Both the position numbers and the translations under genes were made by a program. Positions 26,915 to 42,489 of a stretch of DNA of 64,000 bases are shown one piece after another (positions within the stretch are counted from its first letter, which is position 1; each line of letters starts with the position of its first letter). Below the pieces are notes generated by a model. The model had not been told where the DNA came from and searched no databases. It saw only the letters and a list, made by a program, of their open reading frames with translations. The stretch lies in assembly GCF_009914755.1 (NCBI RefSeq), contig NC_060925.1. The stretch is one strand, 5' to 3'. Source of the DNA: the human T2T-CHM13v2.0 reference genome, Homo sapiens.

Positions 26915-27304
26915 CTCGGAGCCCTTCCACTCCTCCCAGGTAAGAACCCTCCAAGGACCATGCAGGCATGGGCCTCCAGCCATAAAGCCCAATTCCTTAT
27001 CTTTAAGCGGTGATCTTTAGCCCAGGCATTAATCAACCTCTCGATCCCTTGCAAATATCACACACATGCACACGCATGCATACACACACACACTCATGTA
27101 CTGAAATGTCTTTCAGTAGCCAAATTTGCATTTCTCCATCTTCTTTCCTTGACACTTATGGCTCCTGGCTCAGAAAATAGCAGTGTCTGCAGTGGAGCTC
27201 TTTTCCATATTCCCCATCTCTTGCACCCACACAGAATGCCAAGAAAGCTGTGGGAGAGGAAGAGGGGGAGGAGGAAGAGAAGGAAGAAGTGGGGAAGAGG
27301 AGAG

Positions 27305-27731
27305 CAGTGATGTGCTGGAGCCAGCTCTTACTACTTGCAGGAACCGATTACTAAATTTTCCAGAATTTTGCAAGTCAGTTGTTAAACACAGCCATTATGA
27401 AAAATTAAATTATATAAACTCACAATTAAATATATTATATTGAAAACAAATGTAATAATTATTCAAAAATCATCATTTTCAATTAGTTTACTATATTTCA
27501 CTATTAATCGTGCCCTTGAAGTTATTTCTGTCCATGGTGTCTGTATGGGGGAAACTCTAGATAATGGTGTGCTACTGGGCATCTCTTCCAGCTCCTCATT
27601 CAGTGACATCATATCGGTGGTTTAAAATGGGCCATGGTAGGGGTATTTACACTACAGAAATTGGTAAACACTACAAATTGGGATTTCCTTTTTTGAGAGC
27701 TGACTGTAAAATGTTTGCCTGCATACCACTG
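27305..27731 (+). mobile_element. MER63-family hAT DNA transposon
   Basis: Ends cagtgatgtgctgg ... gcataccactg; the AT-rich body matches MER63B as I recall it. Confidence 0.8.
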
Positions 27732-29110
27732 AGGAGAAAGAATAGCTACTTAAACCAGCTCCCCCTACCTGCACACCATCCTACTGGGGCTGAGGTAGGT
27801 AAGATTTCTATAGGGCATTCCTTCATTTCCTGCTCTTCTGAGGCCAGGGCCTCCTGTTAGATTTGGAGGGAGCCATTCATAAGGATGGAGAACTGACACG
27901 AATCTTCACCCAGATGCGCTTCTTGTAGCACTTACCTACTCCCTGGCTCGCTGGCCAGTCTCTTGAGCGTGGTTGGCTCAGCCAGCTGGGCTGGTTCCTG
28001 GCTACTGGGGTTTCCATCCTTCCCATTCGCTCCTACATGTTCGACCACCAGAGGGCAGCCTTGTGCAAAGATAAATAAAAATAGCAATTACTCACCTTCT
28101 GCCTTTTGGATCCTGGGCAGGGGCTACTATGCTGGAAGGATGGGAGGAAGGGCAACTATCATGTAGCCAGTGATTTGTTCCTTGAGTTAGAAGGGAGAGG
28201 AGGAGATGCCACCCTTCTCCTGACCGTTATAAGGAGGCTTTGGGCAAGGGGTATGTGATGGACGGGCTCTTGGCCTCAGGCCTCATGCTAAGGCATGAGA
28301 GAGGGATGAGGCAGGGAATTCACTTACTCACGCAGGAGGATCTTATGGAGCACCCACTGCTACGTGGTGATAAGATGGTACGCAACAGAAACATATTCCT
28401 TTTCCTCAGAGAGCTTAGAATTTAGTGCAAAAGACAGGTGTGAAACAAATAAGCACACCAATAACCATGCTATTCAACTCATAAAAGTGCTGTAAAGGGT
28501 ATGTAGAGAATGCTATGAATGCTTACAAGAGGAGGACCCAACTTAGGGGTCCAGAAGATCTTGCACAACTGATGTTTAAGCTGAAACCCAAAGGAGTGGG
28601 AGTTAGCCAGGCAATGAGTTGCCAAGGCAACTATTCAAGGTCCCTGGTGGTCCCCGAGTCTGGAGGGACAGGTGTTTCTTGTGGGCCACGTGGAAAGGAA
28701 TCCATGTATCTGCCTCCCCCCACCTCACTGTGCACTTGGATCCTCACGGCGGTCCTGTAAACAGCCAAGTCAGAAATTATTATTCACATTCTTCAGATGG
28801 AGAGATGGAGAACTAGAGACCAATCACTGACCCCAGTTCACACGGGTGACTCAGGGTTGGACCAGGACTCAACACACAGGCTACAGACTGGCAGTGGGAA
28901 GTCTTGAAGGTGGTGGGAGGTGACTTCATGCCGTCATGGTACCTACCCTCACTCCCAGGGAATCTAGGATTCCAGCGCACCTGGCCCCAGGGAAGGACGG
29001 GGAAGGCAGTGAGCCAAGGGCCCCTTGACTTTCAGAGCAGCAGAGCTGTCACTGGCCCTTCCTCTCCTTTGCCTCCTCTTTCTGTCTTCCAAGAGTTTGT
29101 TACAGCGGAA

Positions 29111-29190
29111 TCTCTCTCTCTGTGTGTGTCTCTCTCTCTCTCAGAGTGTGTGTGTGTGTGTGTGTTTTCTGTCTCTCTCTCCCTTTCTCT
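29111..29190. repeat. Compound (TC)n/(TG)n microsatellite
   Basis: tctctctctctgtgtgtgtc...gtgtgtgtgtgtg. Confidence 0.85.
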
Positions 29191-29294
29191 GTTTCATCCA
29201 CCAATCCTATCCCCTTCCATATCCAATATCCCGTTCCATATCCTGCTTTATTGGATTATGACAAGGCCTAGGCATGCAACAGCTGAAAGCCTAA

Positions 29295-29644
<350 letters not shown>

Positions 29645-31838
29645 GAGGAATCCAATTTTTTCAAAAATCTAATTAAAAAAAAAAAGGTTTTCCAGAACTG
29701 GGGCTTTTGGGTACTGGAAGCCACATCATTCCCACATGCCTCTCGGTTACTCTTTGCTGAATACAGAAAGTCACCTGGCTCCTGCTCTATTGTGGGACAG
29801 GAGATCTAACAATCCCTGGACTCCTGGAGTTTGCCAGACCTATAATAGAAGCTTTTCTGTGCATCAACTCATTTAATTCCAGCAAAAACCCTAGTGAGTA
29901 GGGATGCTCATCTTCAGACTGCAGATGAAGAAACAGGCTTCTGAAAGGGGAGAGGCCCAAACCCAAACAGCAAGAGAGTGGCAGAGCTAGGATTCAATCC
30001 GGGGTCCATCCAGCCAGAGTCTGAAGTCCTGCTCTCTGCCACACTCCAATGCAGACACCATTTTCAAGTTCCAATTAAAGGAGGCCAGCTCCAGAGAGTT
30101 TCTTTCCCCAGGCCATTGCTGCTCCGGGAGGGGTTCCCCAAGGGCCGCTGCCTCTGCAGCTGTCTCTTGGCTAATCCCCCATTTTTGGCTAGGGAAGCCC
30201 AAGGAATAGAAAGAATGCCCTTGTTGTCTGTCTCCCTGAAGAAATTCTAAACAGAGCATCTGTCCCTCTGCACCAGGGAGGGAAGGAGGAAGAGAGAGAT
30301 GGGGAGAGACAGAGAGAGAGAAACCCCACAGCTGTTCCTTCTCGATCTTGATGTGAACAGCTAGGCCTCCTGTTTCTCAGGTACCTAAAGGGGTTAGGGT
30401 TGGGCAACTGGCAGGGAAGGCAGAGAGCACCTCTTTAGCCAGAGTGAGGCCCTCCTGTCTTGTAGAATGGTAAAGATGGAGAGAATGACACAGAGCAGAT
30501 GCAAGCCAGCCCTGAGAGAGTACAAAGGAAGGGAGTGAGAGGAGGGGCTGTGGGGTCCAGCCAGGCACGGCAGCTAGCTTGAGGGCCTCATGCCAGCCGG
30601 CAGTCTAGGTTTGCATCACATCCACCTCCTCCAACACCAGACTTTCCTAACCTCACTCATCCAGGTCCTTTGTGGCCCAGCAGCAACTCATATTTGACCT
30701 TGGCAAGGGCACTTGCTCTGGGCGGCACCCTGGTGACTATTCTGCCAGCTCTGTGTGAAGGGGAGTGCCTCCCTCCTCTGGGGCACCCTGTGGCCTTCAG
30801 GAGGGTCTTGCCCTAACCTGTCCTATGAGTATCAGCGGGAGGAGGTCAAGGGGAAGAGGCCAGGGCCCCTCCTCTCCGTGAGAGAAAGGATGAGTTTGCA
30901 ATGACCTCCCCCTCTGCCTGCCCCATTCTCAGCTCCAGGGTCCTGTTTTTCCAAAGGTTACCCAGCAAGGCCTAGGGCCAGAGGAGGCTCGTGGAGAAGG
31001 GAGGGTGGGAGGGGCTGCTGGAGAGGCTGGAGCTAAGTCTGTTTTAGGAGCCAAGGCCATTTCCCCACCCTGACCTTGCCTGGACTCCCTTCCTGCTTCC
31101 TTTTCTCTTTTGTCTCTTCCCTGGGAATAGTAATCTCTTACATTTCTGCTGTCAGTTTGCACTTCAGCAAGCTCTTTTACATATGGGACCTAATTTGGCA
31201 GTCCTAACAACTCTGTGAGGAAGGAATTATTATCCCTGCTTTTACTGATGAAAATGAGAGGCTAAGTACTTTGTCCCAGAGAAAGATGACTTAACATAAA
31301 CAATCTATAACAGAAAAAGAAAGATGGGCATGGGGGTGGAGCTGCAGTGACAGCCATCACTTCTTGGGAATTCTTGTCAGAGAAATGGGAAATCCCATCT
31401 CCAGCTCCTGGAGCAGAGGATGGGTGCCCCTACCACGTCCCCCCAAAATGCTTTGAAAAGCAAGGACTCGGGAGGGCATCACCCAGGCTAGAAAAAGGGG
31501 GGCTGCCTATGGAGCTTGAGTCCAGGGCCTGCCCCCAGCAGGTTCAAGGCCTGTATCCTTAGGAAGCACATGAGGTAATGAAGGTCTCAGCTCAGGAGAA
31601 CCTTGGGGCTCAAAGACACACGGCCCCCCATCTCTGCCGCACCCCTACATGCCTGTGTCTGTGTCCTCCTTCCTTCTGGCCAGGACAGAGGCAGACAGAC
31701 CAGACGGGGAGGTGGCCCCGGCTCTCCCCACCCCCTCCCTGTCTAGCTGCCTCTCAGCTTTCTCCTCCCACCTCACCTGCCCCTCCCCTCTCCCCCACAC
31801 TAGACACCAGCTCAATTTTGTCTCTCCTCTCTCTCAAG

Positions 31839-32060
31839 GTCATCTCTTGGACCAGCGGGCATCACATTCTCCAGCAGCCGCCATCTCACACGCCTCCCTC
31901 CTGTGGCCGCCGGCAGCATGGACAAAGGTCTCCATGCAGGGGGAGGAGGCCTGCTTCTTTCCCCACAGCTCTCACGTCTCCCTTCTCCCTGCGGGTGACA
32001 AAGAAGCCCAAGGACCACCTCCTTCCTGCCTCATTGTAATAAAATTCCCCACACTGAGGC
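31839..32060 (+). other. OPTC: OPTC exon 8 (3'UTR only; end approximate)
   Basis: Polypyrimidine tract and acceptor ctctctctcaag|G at 31838/31839; AATAAA at 32038-32043. Confidence 0.8.
32038..32043 (+). terminator. OPTC poly(A) signal
   Basis: AATAAA followed about 20 nt later by U/GU-rich cttcttgtctt. Confidence 0.75.
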
Positions 32061-32316
32061 CTTCTTGTCTTCAACCTGGCCTGTCCAGCCCTTCCAGATA
32101 TGGCCAAACCCATGGCCTGGATGGGCTTGTGTACTTCCTTTCAAATGAGCCCACACAGAACGCCCTGCTCTCCCCTTCCTCCCCTCTGCACTCCTTCTGC
32201 CTCCTTTTTCTCTATTCTCCTTCTGTGCTCAGGCACCACAGCAAATAGCTTTTTGTTTCCTCCTGGCACTACCAGTCCCAGCCCTGCCTTCAGGAATTCT
32301 TTTCTCTCTCTCTCTC

Positions 32317-32440
32317 TTTTTTTAAAAGACTGGGTCTCACTAGGTTACCTAGGCTGGTTTTGAACTCTTGGGCTCAAATGTTCACCTGCCTTAGCCTCCT
32401 GAGTTCCTGGGATTACAGATGTGTGCCACTGTACCGACTC
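32317..32440 (-). mobile_element. FLAM-like Alu monomer
   Basis: Diverged reverse-complement monomer. Confidence 0.7.
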
Positions 32441-33174
32441 CAGAATTATTTTCTTTTGTGTCTAACACACAGTTCAGACACAGGAGGGAGTGGAAGTGTT
32501 TCTTGTTATGGCATCTGTAGAGGAACTGTGATGCAAGGGAGTGAGCACTGGAATGAGAATCTGAAGACCTGAGTTTGACTACCCTATATCCTGATCACAC
32601 CAGCACCTCACTCTGTCCTGGCCCCTTGGAGTTCCCTCACTCCAAATCTGTTGCTCAAAGCATATCCAAGCCCAAGGGGTGTGGTGCCTATCCCTATCTT
32701 ATTACATTTCTAGTCTAAGAACAAAGACCCAACCCTCTCCTACTGTTCCCAGTAGCACAGACTACCATTGACAAAGAGGTATCAAATGGTAAAAGGAGAA
32801 AAGGAAGGAAGTACAGAAAATACAGACACACAATCAGTCTAGTCTCACAAGTTGAGCTTTCTGAGCCCAAATCAACTATACCATGGCTTTAAAGCTTGCT
32901 TAGCTGCAGGCCTTCCTGACCCTTCTCTAGTCCATGCAGAAGAGAGAATAATCCAAGCTTTTCAGGCCCTTTCTGACCCATCCTGAAACCAAAGGTAACG
33001 ACCTTTGAATTACACGTTGTCCATAATCAGTGTCCCCCAAGGATCACTGGGCAGTCTTAGGAGAGGTGCTTCCTCCCACAGAGAGGCCCCCTGCCTCCCA
33101 GGACAGGCTCCTGGAGCCCAACACCTGTGAGAGCCGCAGCACCTCTCTTGGAGATCTAAGAAATCCCTGAAGGA

Positions 33175-33667
<493 letters not shown>

Positions 33668-34239
33668 CTAAATAATCCTGAAAAATACTAGCCCAGAAAG
33701 ATGCAAACGGCCCCGATGCTGGGAATGTTCTGCAAAATAGGAAGGTGTTAAGCAGTTACCCAGATGTTTCAAGCTAAAGCATCCTGCAGAGGAGGAGGAA
33801 AAAAAAAAGTCATCTTTTGGGACTCAAGTCTTCCAAATCAGCTGTGTGCTTGGGTTGTAATCACCTTGCCAATGTAGATGCTGCTCCTTTGAAGAAGTAA
33901 TCTGAAAATAGGGTCCTTCTTAATGTCAGCAGATCAGTACATTATTCCTGCAGAGATGATAGGAAATGAAGACAGGAAGCTGTCAGAAAGTCAATATTTC
34001 AAAGGACCAAAGAGTCCTCAGGGTCCTTTGGTCCATGCACCTGTGTCTAGGCAGGGCTTTACCTAGTGCAGATGGTGATCTTCTCTGGTTTACGCCAGGG
34101 CCAGAGGTGCAGGCTGCAGAAAGCACCTGCCACCATCTGTAGGACATCATGCTAGCCCTACACATTACACACATCATCACGTTTCATCTCCATCGTAGCC
34201 TGATGAGGTGGGCGCTACCCCAATTTTATAGAAGGCAGA

Positions 34240-34524
<285 letters not shown>

Positions 34525-35654
34525 TTAACTTTTGGTCCAAGGTCACACAGTGAGGAGTAAGAGGCAGACTAGATATTCAAATTTGACCTGAGTGCAAAGC
34601 CTGCTGGCCCTCTGGCCTTAGAACTGCGTGTCTGACACACCTGCTGAATCCATCTTGCCTCACTCACACTTCCTTGCTCATAGAACATACCCAATAAATC
34701 TTATGCCAAGCCAGCTCGCTCCATGGCACGGTGGGGAGGCAGACCTGCTACAGAAATCTGACCATGTAAATGGCTCCTTTTCTACCCCTCCTCTCCTGAC
34801 GTTCCTAGTGGTGGCCCCTGCACACCTGGCTTTCTCCTCTAAGCCTCACCAGTCTGGATCTCCCTTCCCACACCCCCTCCCTTCCTATCTATTGTCTCTG
34901 AGCCCAACTTCTTGGCTCCTGTGCTCCTATTCATGGGATTTCTTTCCGCTTCTGTAACCCTGAGTACAATAGGCTCCTTCCTGCTTATTGGTAAACAGAG
35001 TCACAACAAGCCCGAGTGTGTTCTAGGCTAGGCTTGAGCTCTTGATCGAGACTCTCTCTCAGACTTTTGTTCCAGTTTTTTCTTTTTTTTTCTAATGGGG
35101 ACATGAACTCCTAGAGAGGTGGCCTGGCACGCCCCTGCCTCTCTGCTGCTCCTCTCCATTCTAGAGCATTACAGTTTGAGAGGGTACAGCACCAAACTTA
35201 CTGCCTCATTACTTCCATGAAGTCCAGGAACTGCCCACTTACCTCCTGTCTGGAATACCGGAAGAGAAGTGGGAAGGGGAAAGTGTTTGTTTGTTTGTTG
35301 CCATCACCAAGCAAGTTCCCACCACCCCACCCCCCAGGGGTGGGTGGTGTTGTCCAAGTAACTTCTATGACAGCCTGCAAAGAAGGAGAAATAGACAAGT
35401 TGGGGACATCAACACCCCAGAAGCAAGAGCACACACCCCACCCGGAACAGAGCAGGCAGCCACAGCTCCTACATCTCAGGGGCTGATGGGGATGTCCTAA
35501 CTCTTAACCAAGGAGGTCCCCGGTCTCCCGTAAATCCTGAGTCTCAGTTTCCTGAGCAGGGTAGAGAAGGAACCCTTGAGTGTGCAAGGCCCCATCGACA
35601 AAGAGATTTACACAGATCCAGGCCCTGACTCAATCTTACCCACCTTTAGTGTCC

Positions 35655-36230
35655 TTCATTCATTTTGTTTTAATGATTCTTTATTAAGTGCTGAGCACCA
35701 GGGTCAGCATAGTAATAAAGACAGACAAGGTCCCTGGCCTCAGGGAGACAGGCAGGAACAGAATAAACAAATAATAACAGATAAATGATACAATTCAGAC
35801 AGGGACAGGTGCTAGATGACAACAAAAGGAAGTGAACATGGCAGTGACTGGTAGTGGAGGCCAGTGACAGGAGATAGGGCAGTCAAGGAAGGCCTCCTGG
35901 GGGTAGTGATGGTTGACCTGAGACCTCTGTGATGAGAAGGCAGCAGCCATGCAAAATGTGAGGGGAACGTTTTCCAGGCAGTGGGGACAGAAGGCAAAAA
36001 GCACAAAGGAGAGAGGAGCCCATGTGAGCAACAGAGAAGGCTTGGGGTGCGGTCAGAGGCAGCAGGGTCCTGGATAGGAAAGCCTCCGAGGATTCTATTG
36101 TGAGTGCACGGGATCCTTCTCTGAGAAACCCACACCCCTTGCCGCCTTCTCTGCCTGTTAGTCATGCTGAAAACACGAGGCAGGAGGGAAAGGCAGCATG
36201 ATTCACAGACTGGAGGGTGACAGTGACCAG
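35655..36230 (-). mobile_element. L2 LINE 3' fragment
   Basis: cattcatt...aagacagacaaggtccctg...aaggcctcctgggggtagtga L2-like blocks. Confidence 0.6.
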
Positions 36231-37986
36231 AGCAAGTTTAACCTTTTAAAGAGGAAGGATCTGTTGCTTGGCTACCAGGCAACAAGGTAACGAGTGGAAA
36301 TGGGGAACAGAAATGGAGAAAGGAGACCTAGAAGAGGGGCGGTGGAGAAAGGGCAGGAACCCCTCATGGGCTGGAGCCTGCAGAGGGAGGGAGAAAGTGA
36401 GCAGCTTCCAGGAGGTGTGGGGCTTTGAAGAAAGGGAACAGAGAGCATTTGAAGGAAGTGTGGGTGTAATGCAGGCCACCGTCTCCAGAAGACTCAGGCA
36501 GGTGCTTCACTGTGTCTTAAAGCTTTTAGAGTCAGATACTGGGTTCTTTAGGGTGTGTCTCCAGCTTGAAGTGTGCCTCACAGTAGACGCAGGAAGGCCT
36601 TGTTTGATTTGGGTTACAGGAGAAGCAGAGGCCCCTGTTTGGGGCTGCACTGTGGAGACTGGAATTTGGGTAGAAGGGGCCACTGCTCCCGCTTGGATAC
36701 TAACCAGCTGTGTGGCCTCAGGCATGTCTGCTTTCTTCTATCCCCTCCTCTGGCCAAGAGAAGAGAAGATTCAGTGATCTCCAAGGTGCAGTCTGCAGCT
36801 CCGTGATCTCACATGTTCTTTTGTTTTCTTAACAGGAAGGCTACTCAGAGAGGGGTCCCCACAAGGGATGAGGGACAAGTTGCCTAACCCTGTGGCAGAC
36901 GGCTCTGCTTCTCTTCATGGTAAGAGAGGAAAGTTACAGGGGTATGCCCCCTGGCTCCCCGGCATCCACACGCTGCTCAGACCCAGCCACCCCAAAGACA
37001 CCACCCCTCCCTCAGGGACGGGGACTCCCAGGAGCCTCCCTCAGTTTCCAACTTTAGGTGCCAGGAATGGGGCTGGGTTTCCCCCACCCTCCAGAAAGGT
37101 AGAGAAAGGAGCCAAGTGACCCTGTAAACACGTCCCCAAGGAAGAAGGCTGCGACTTCGGCGGATGAAGCAGCCCCCTGGAAAAAGAAGGGCCCCAGGTG
37201 ACTGTGGCCCTGAGAGCCAAGAGTTCAGCAGCTCTGTCCCTCTTCATGCTGTGGCTCAGGGCAGAGCCAAGCCCCAGGTCCTGCCCGGCCCTCTCCTTCC
37301 CCATCTCCTTCCCTCTAGCTTGGCGGCGGGGGGGCCTGTGGATAGCTTCTGAAACACACTGCCTGCTTTCTCATGCAGGATAAATGCCTCCCTCCAGAAC
37401 CTGCCCAGCTTTTCCACCGCATTAGTAATCAGCGCACAGAACAAGCGCTTTCTCTCCCTCTCCTCCCCCGCCTCAGTCTCTCTCTCTCTTTTTTTCTCTC
37501 CCCCAGCCCCCGCTTCCTTTACCTACTCCTGCCTCCTCCCCACCTATCAGAGTCACTGCCACCTCCCGGGAAGCTGAGAGGGTTTATCATCAAATCAGGC
37601 TTTGTCATAAAGAAAACAGATTTATTTTCCTCGCTTTGAGAAGGTGCTGACAGGAGCAGCGAGGGAAGGGGTGTTTTGTATATTGAAAGCCTTTCTCCCC
37701 CTGTGGCTAAATCTCGCGCTATTTTCTAATTTACCTCAAATGCTGCTCCTCCAGCCTGCCTCTCCATACGCCCACGCTTTCAACCCCTACCTGTGAGCCT
37801 CTGCCCACCGGACCGGCTCACTTCTAGTCATTCCTTCATTCAATGTATTTCCCTTGTTCAGGATGTAGAGGCCTTTCTTACATGCCAGGGACTCCAGGTG
37901 CTGGAGATGTGAGACATACAGCAGGGCAAGGAGGTGGGGAGGGAGTTGCACAGGTACAGGAATAGAACATTAAAATACCAAGCAGT

Positions 37987-38295
37987 GGCCTGGAGCGGTG
38001 GCTCACGCCTGTAATCCCAGCACTTTGGGAGGCCAAGGCAGGTGGATTGCCTGAGGTCAGGAGTTTGAGACCAGCCTGGCCAACATGGTGAAACCCCGTC
38101 TCTACTAAAAATACAAAAATTAGCTGGGCATGGTGGCAAGCACCTGTAATCCCAGCTACTCAGAAGGCTGAGGTGGAAGAATCGCTTGAACCTGGAGAGG
38201 CAGAGGTTGCAGTGAGCCGAGAATACACCACTGCACTCCAGCCTGGGCAACAGAGCGAGACTCTGTCTCAAAAAATAAAATAAAATAAAAATAAA
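37987..38295 (+). mobile_element. Alu (AluS-like)
   Basis: Full dimer with (TAAAA)n tail; aagcagt on both flanks. Confidence 0.93.
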
Positions 38296-41173
38296 GCAGT
38301 AAGTGGGGACAGAGGCATGCACATGGCCAATGGCAGCACCAATGTGGAGCAGCCAGTTCATGAGGAGGCAAAGACCAAAGAAGGATCCTGAAAGCAGGGA
38401 CGCTGGACCAGGACACCTAGGACTGGTGGAAGCTCCTGGGCATAGGGTGGGGGAAGGAAGGCACTCGGGGACCCTCAACAGAGGGAGCACTGTGCAGGCA
38501 GCAGCTGGCGCATGTGGCGTGAGCAGAGGTGGGGGTGGAGAGGGCAGGAGAGGCGGCTTCAGGGGGCAGAGCATGAAAGGAGCTCCTGCTGGAGTTTCAT
38601 GGAGGGGTGATTGGTCAGAAGGCTCAGGTGGAGATTTGGGAAGTTCTGTGAAAGGTGGCTGTGACTGATGGGGACAAGCCTGGAGTCTGAGGAATTGGTG
38701 AGGAGGCTGATGCATGTAGATTAGAGGAAGATGTGAGTACTGTGTGAGAACAGAGGTAGCAGAGTTGGATGGGAGAAGGGTTCGGAGATGTCCAAGGAGC
38801 CATTCAGGGTAAGAGCTGAAAATCATTCCACAGAGGTAGGACTCTTTGGCAGAGGGAACAGCTGAATCCAGGGGAGGGCATGAGGGGGCTACCTGAGCAT
38901 GTGGGCATGTGGCAGGGGAGAAAGGTGGAGGTGGGGCTGGGCAGAGGGAACACTGCTTGGGAGAGCCCCTGCCAGGGACAGGCCTGGGAATGCAAGCAGA
39001 GTGGGGTGGGGCAGCAGAAGGAGAGGCCAGCGACCCCAAAGGAAGGAAGAAGTGGGGGTAAAGGAGGAAAGAGTTGGGGCAATCCTTGCTCAGAGCACAG
39101 TGAAATGCTGTTTGCTGGGGGGAGGAAGTTAGTCCCTGTGGCCACTTTGTGCACCGTCTGGCCTCACTGCTGCCTTCATAGACTCCTGGAGCCACTCTTC
39201 ATTCTTCGTAAGACTAGGTGACCGCATGATACTGAGCACCTAAGTGTGGCTGATACTAGCCATGGAAGAGGAGCAGCCCTTATGCTCAGGGGTCCCGGTT
39301 GATTAGGGCGGGGGTGCACATCAACCCCATCCATTAAACAAAGCAACCGACAAGTAACATCAGTACAGGAAGGCACCTAATATGAAATGAGCGAACGCTA
39401 AAGGGATGCCAGAGAGAAGACGCCAACAAAGAAGGAAGGCAGGGATACCCTCTCTGGCTCTGGAGCCTTGGGACTGGCGGATGCGACATCCATAATTCAT
39501 AGCCCATCAATCCTGGAGGGTCCAGCGCTTTGACCCCTTTGGAAACGGCCCTCTTCTCTGACAGCTGAGCCCTTCCCCTTGGAGGCCTAGGGCAGAAAGG
39601 TTTCTCTGCAAGACATACGCTCGTGCCCTGCAGCCAGCATGATGGATGAGGAGGCCAGAGCTGCTGGAGCCAGTGGGGCTGAGCAGGGAGAGAAATATGA
39701 TGCAAAGCAATTTTAAAAGGAGGTTCTTAAGGGCTGGCTGGGGGTGGGGCAGTTTGGTCCCTCTCTCAGCCATCTATCTCACCTGTCTGTCTCTCCAACT
39801 AGGTCCTCAGTTCTGTGGCACAGATGACAGGTTGGGGACAGCAGAGAGGGAAAGGTGAAAGATCAACAGTCCATGAGATCTTCTCTCTTCTCTCTTCAGG
39901 GCTATGGATCTGGAAAGCTCCTGGGTGCATTGAGGAGTAGCTCACCTAGCAGCCAAGACCTATTCCCTGCCCCAGTGCCCCAGTGCCCCAGAAACAGGCC
40001 AAGCCCCAGACTCTCCTGGCATAGATACCGGCTCTGGTCCAGCCTCACACCATCAGGTATGGGAGACGCTGGGACCAGCAGCTAGCAGAGGGAAAATGAC
40101 ATATCCTAGGATTCAATCCAATCAGGTTTCCATCCCAGGGACCAAGGTAGAATAGAACAGCAGCCATTCTCTCTGGGAGCTGAACCCTGCAATTGAAGCT
40201 GCCTGGCAGGCTCGGCAGCCTGTAGGTGTGACCGGTAAGGCCTCAGCCCACTCTTTCCCCAGCCCTTGAATTCCATTTGTCCAGGCCTCCAGGCTGTACG
40301 GCACCCCTGCCATGTGCACATAAGACAGCAGGGAAGCTGACAGGCGACCACTGTCCTCCCACTCCCCATCAGCTGCTAGGTGAGTGGGGAGCAAAGAAAC
40401 AGAAAGTCATGGGAACCACCCTCCCTTGCTAAGCAACAAATGTGCTAAGATGCTGAGCCAGGGGAGGGGGGACTGGAGCTGGGGGCAGCTGGTATTATTG
40501 GTCTCACCTGCCCAACAGACAGAAAATGGCTACATTATTGGTTGGGTAATTGAACTGCCTCTCTTTCCAGAGGTGAGCATGGGGCAGTCAGAATTACAGA
40601 GCATCTCTAAGCAGAGGCCTCCACTGCCTGTAGTTCCCTCCCTCCTAGGTATGGGTCCTGGGGAGGTTATACTTGGGGGGCAGTAACTGTAGGCAATAAT
40701 GCTAACAGTGACAGACATGGTGCTCGGGACAGGAAGGGAGCCTTGGGCTGGGGTGGGCTGGAAGATTCCTCGGAGGAGGCAGCCGGTGAACTGACACTGC
40801 CCCTCCTCATTCGCTTAATGAGCCTGCCCTCAGGCCAGGCAGCCATGGAGGGCGTGCCCACACTGACAGCTGCCTAAGCACAAGCTTGTGCTTGGCAGGA
40901 ACTGGCCTTGCCCACAGTAAGTGTGCAGTACAAATTTGTAGGAAGAATAAAAGGCTGCGGCAGCGAGTGTGTTTCTGAAAGTGAGAAGCTGGGAGACAGC
41001 TCTGCTGCTGGCTCTCTCCCACTCCTTCTCTCAGAGGCGGCTTCTTCTTCCTGATTCCTCCCCCTCCTGACCCCCAGGTCCTATGCAAGTATGGGAAATC
41101 CTCTGGGTACCCCAGGGAAAGAACAGGGGCCCTCCCTTGGGGCTCTTGCACCCAGCATGGCTGGTGGTGGTCA

Positions 41174-41612
<439 letters not shown>

Positions 41613-42405
41613 AAGAAAGCTCCAGAGGCTCCCTGTACCCCACCTCCCACTCTCCACTCTGCCCCACCCTGCTCTGCACCCCGTACCTGAAGGATTGACT
41701 TCTAAGGCTGCACCAACCAGGCCTTTGGTAGGGTCAGTTATGGAGACCTGACTGTGAGGATGAAAGGCTGTGGATTGCTCTCCACTCACTTACACACCCT
41801 GCTGGGCCTGGGGTGACCGTGGTTCTCCCCTGTGAAGGCCACGCTTCTGTGGGGCAGCCCCTCCTCCAGCCGTGCGCTCTCCAGGTCCCAAATGACTCTG
41901 CTCTGCTGCCTTCAAGGTGCTCTGCACTCCCTCGCCAGCTCCCCTTAGCCCAGCCCTGTTACATTCGCCATCTCTTCTGCTGGACTTCCACTAATACACA
42001 CCTCGCACTTGCTCCCCTGACCAGGAAGAGAAAATAGGGAGAAAAGATGCTTTAGACTGCACTTCCTCCTTAAACAAGGCCTGGTCTGGTTAGTGCATGC
42101 AGATGGACCTGGGTTTAAATCTTAGTTCTGCCACTAGGTAAGTTATTGTTCTCCTGTTTTACTTTCTCCATCTGCAAAATGGAAATACTATCCTACTCAG
42201 GGCTGTCATGAGGATCGGATTAAATAATGTGCACACACATAGTGCTTACCACTATTTGATACTTAGAGCTCCACAAACAGAAGCTATTGTCCTGCTGTAA
42301 GAGAAGTATGACCTGCCCGAAGGTCTCCCACTTTGATCCCCTTTTGAGACCAGCCAGCAGTCCTGGTGACCGAGGTATGGGGCTGCTCTGGGTCTGTAAG
42401 AAACC

Positions 42406-42489
42406 GCCGGACAGTTCCTGGAACACGTATCTCAGCTCCTTCCCACTGCTGCCGGACAGTTCCTGGAGCATGTATCTCAGCTCCTCCCC
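42406..42489. repeat. 45-bp tandem duplication (2 copies)
   Basis: gccggacagttcctgg...tatctcagctcct at 42406 and 42451. Confidence 0.9.

Noticed and set aside
37858-39195. 445-aa minus-strand ORF
   Set aside because: Runs through an Alu and L2-like sequence, giving typical Alu translation ([18 protein letters not shown]); no domain.
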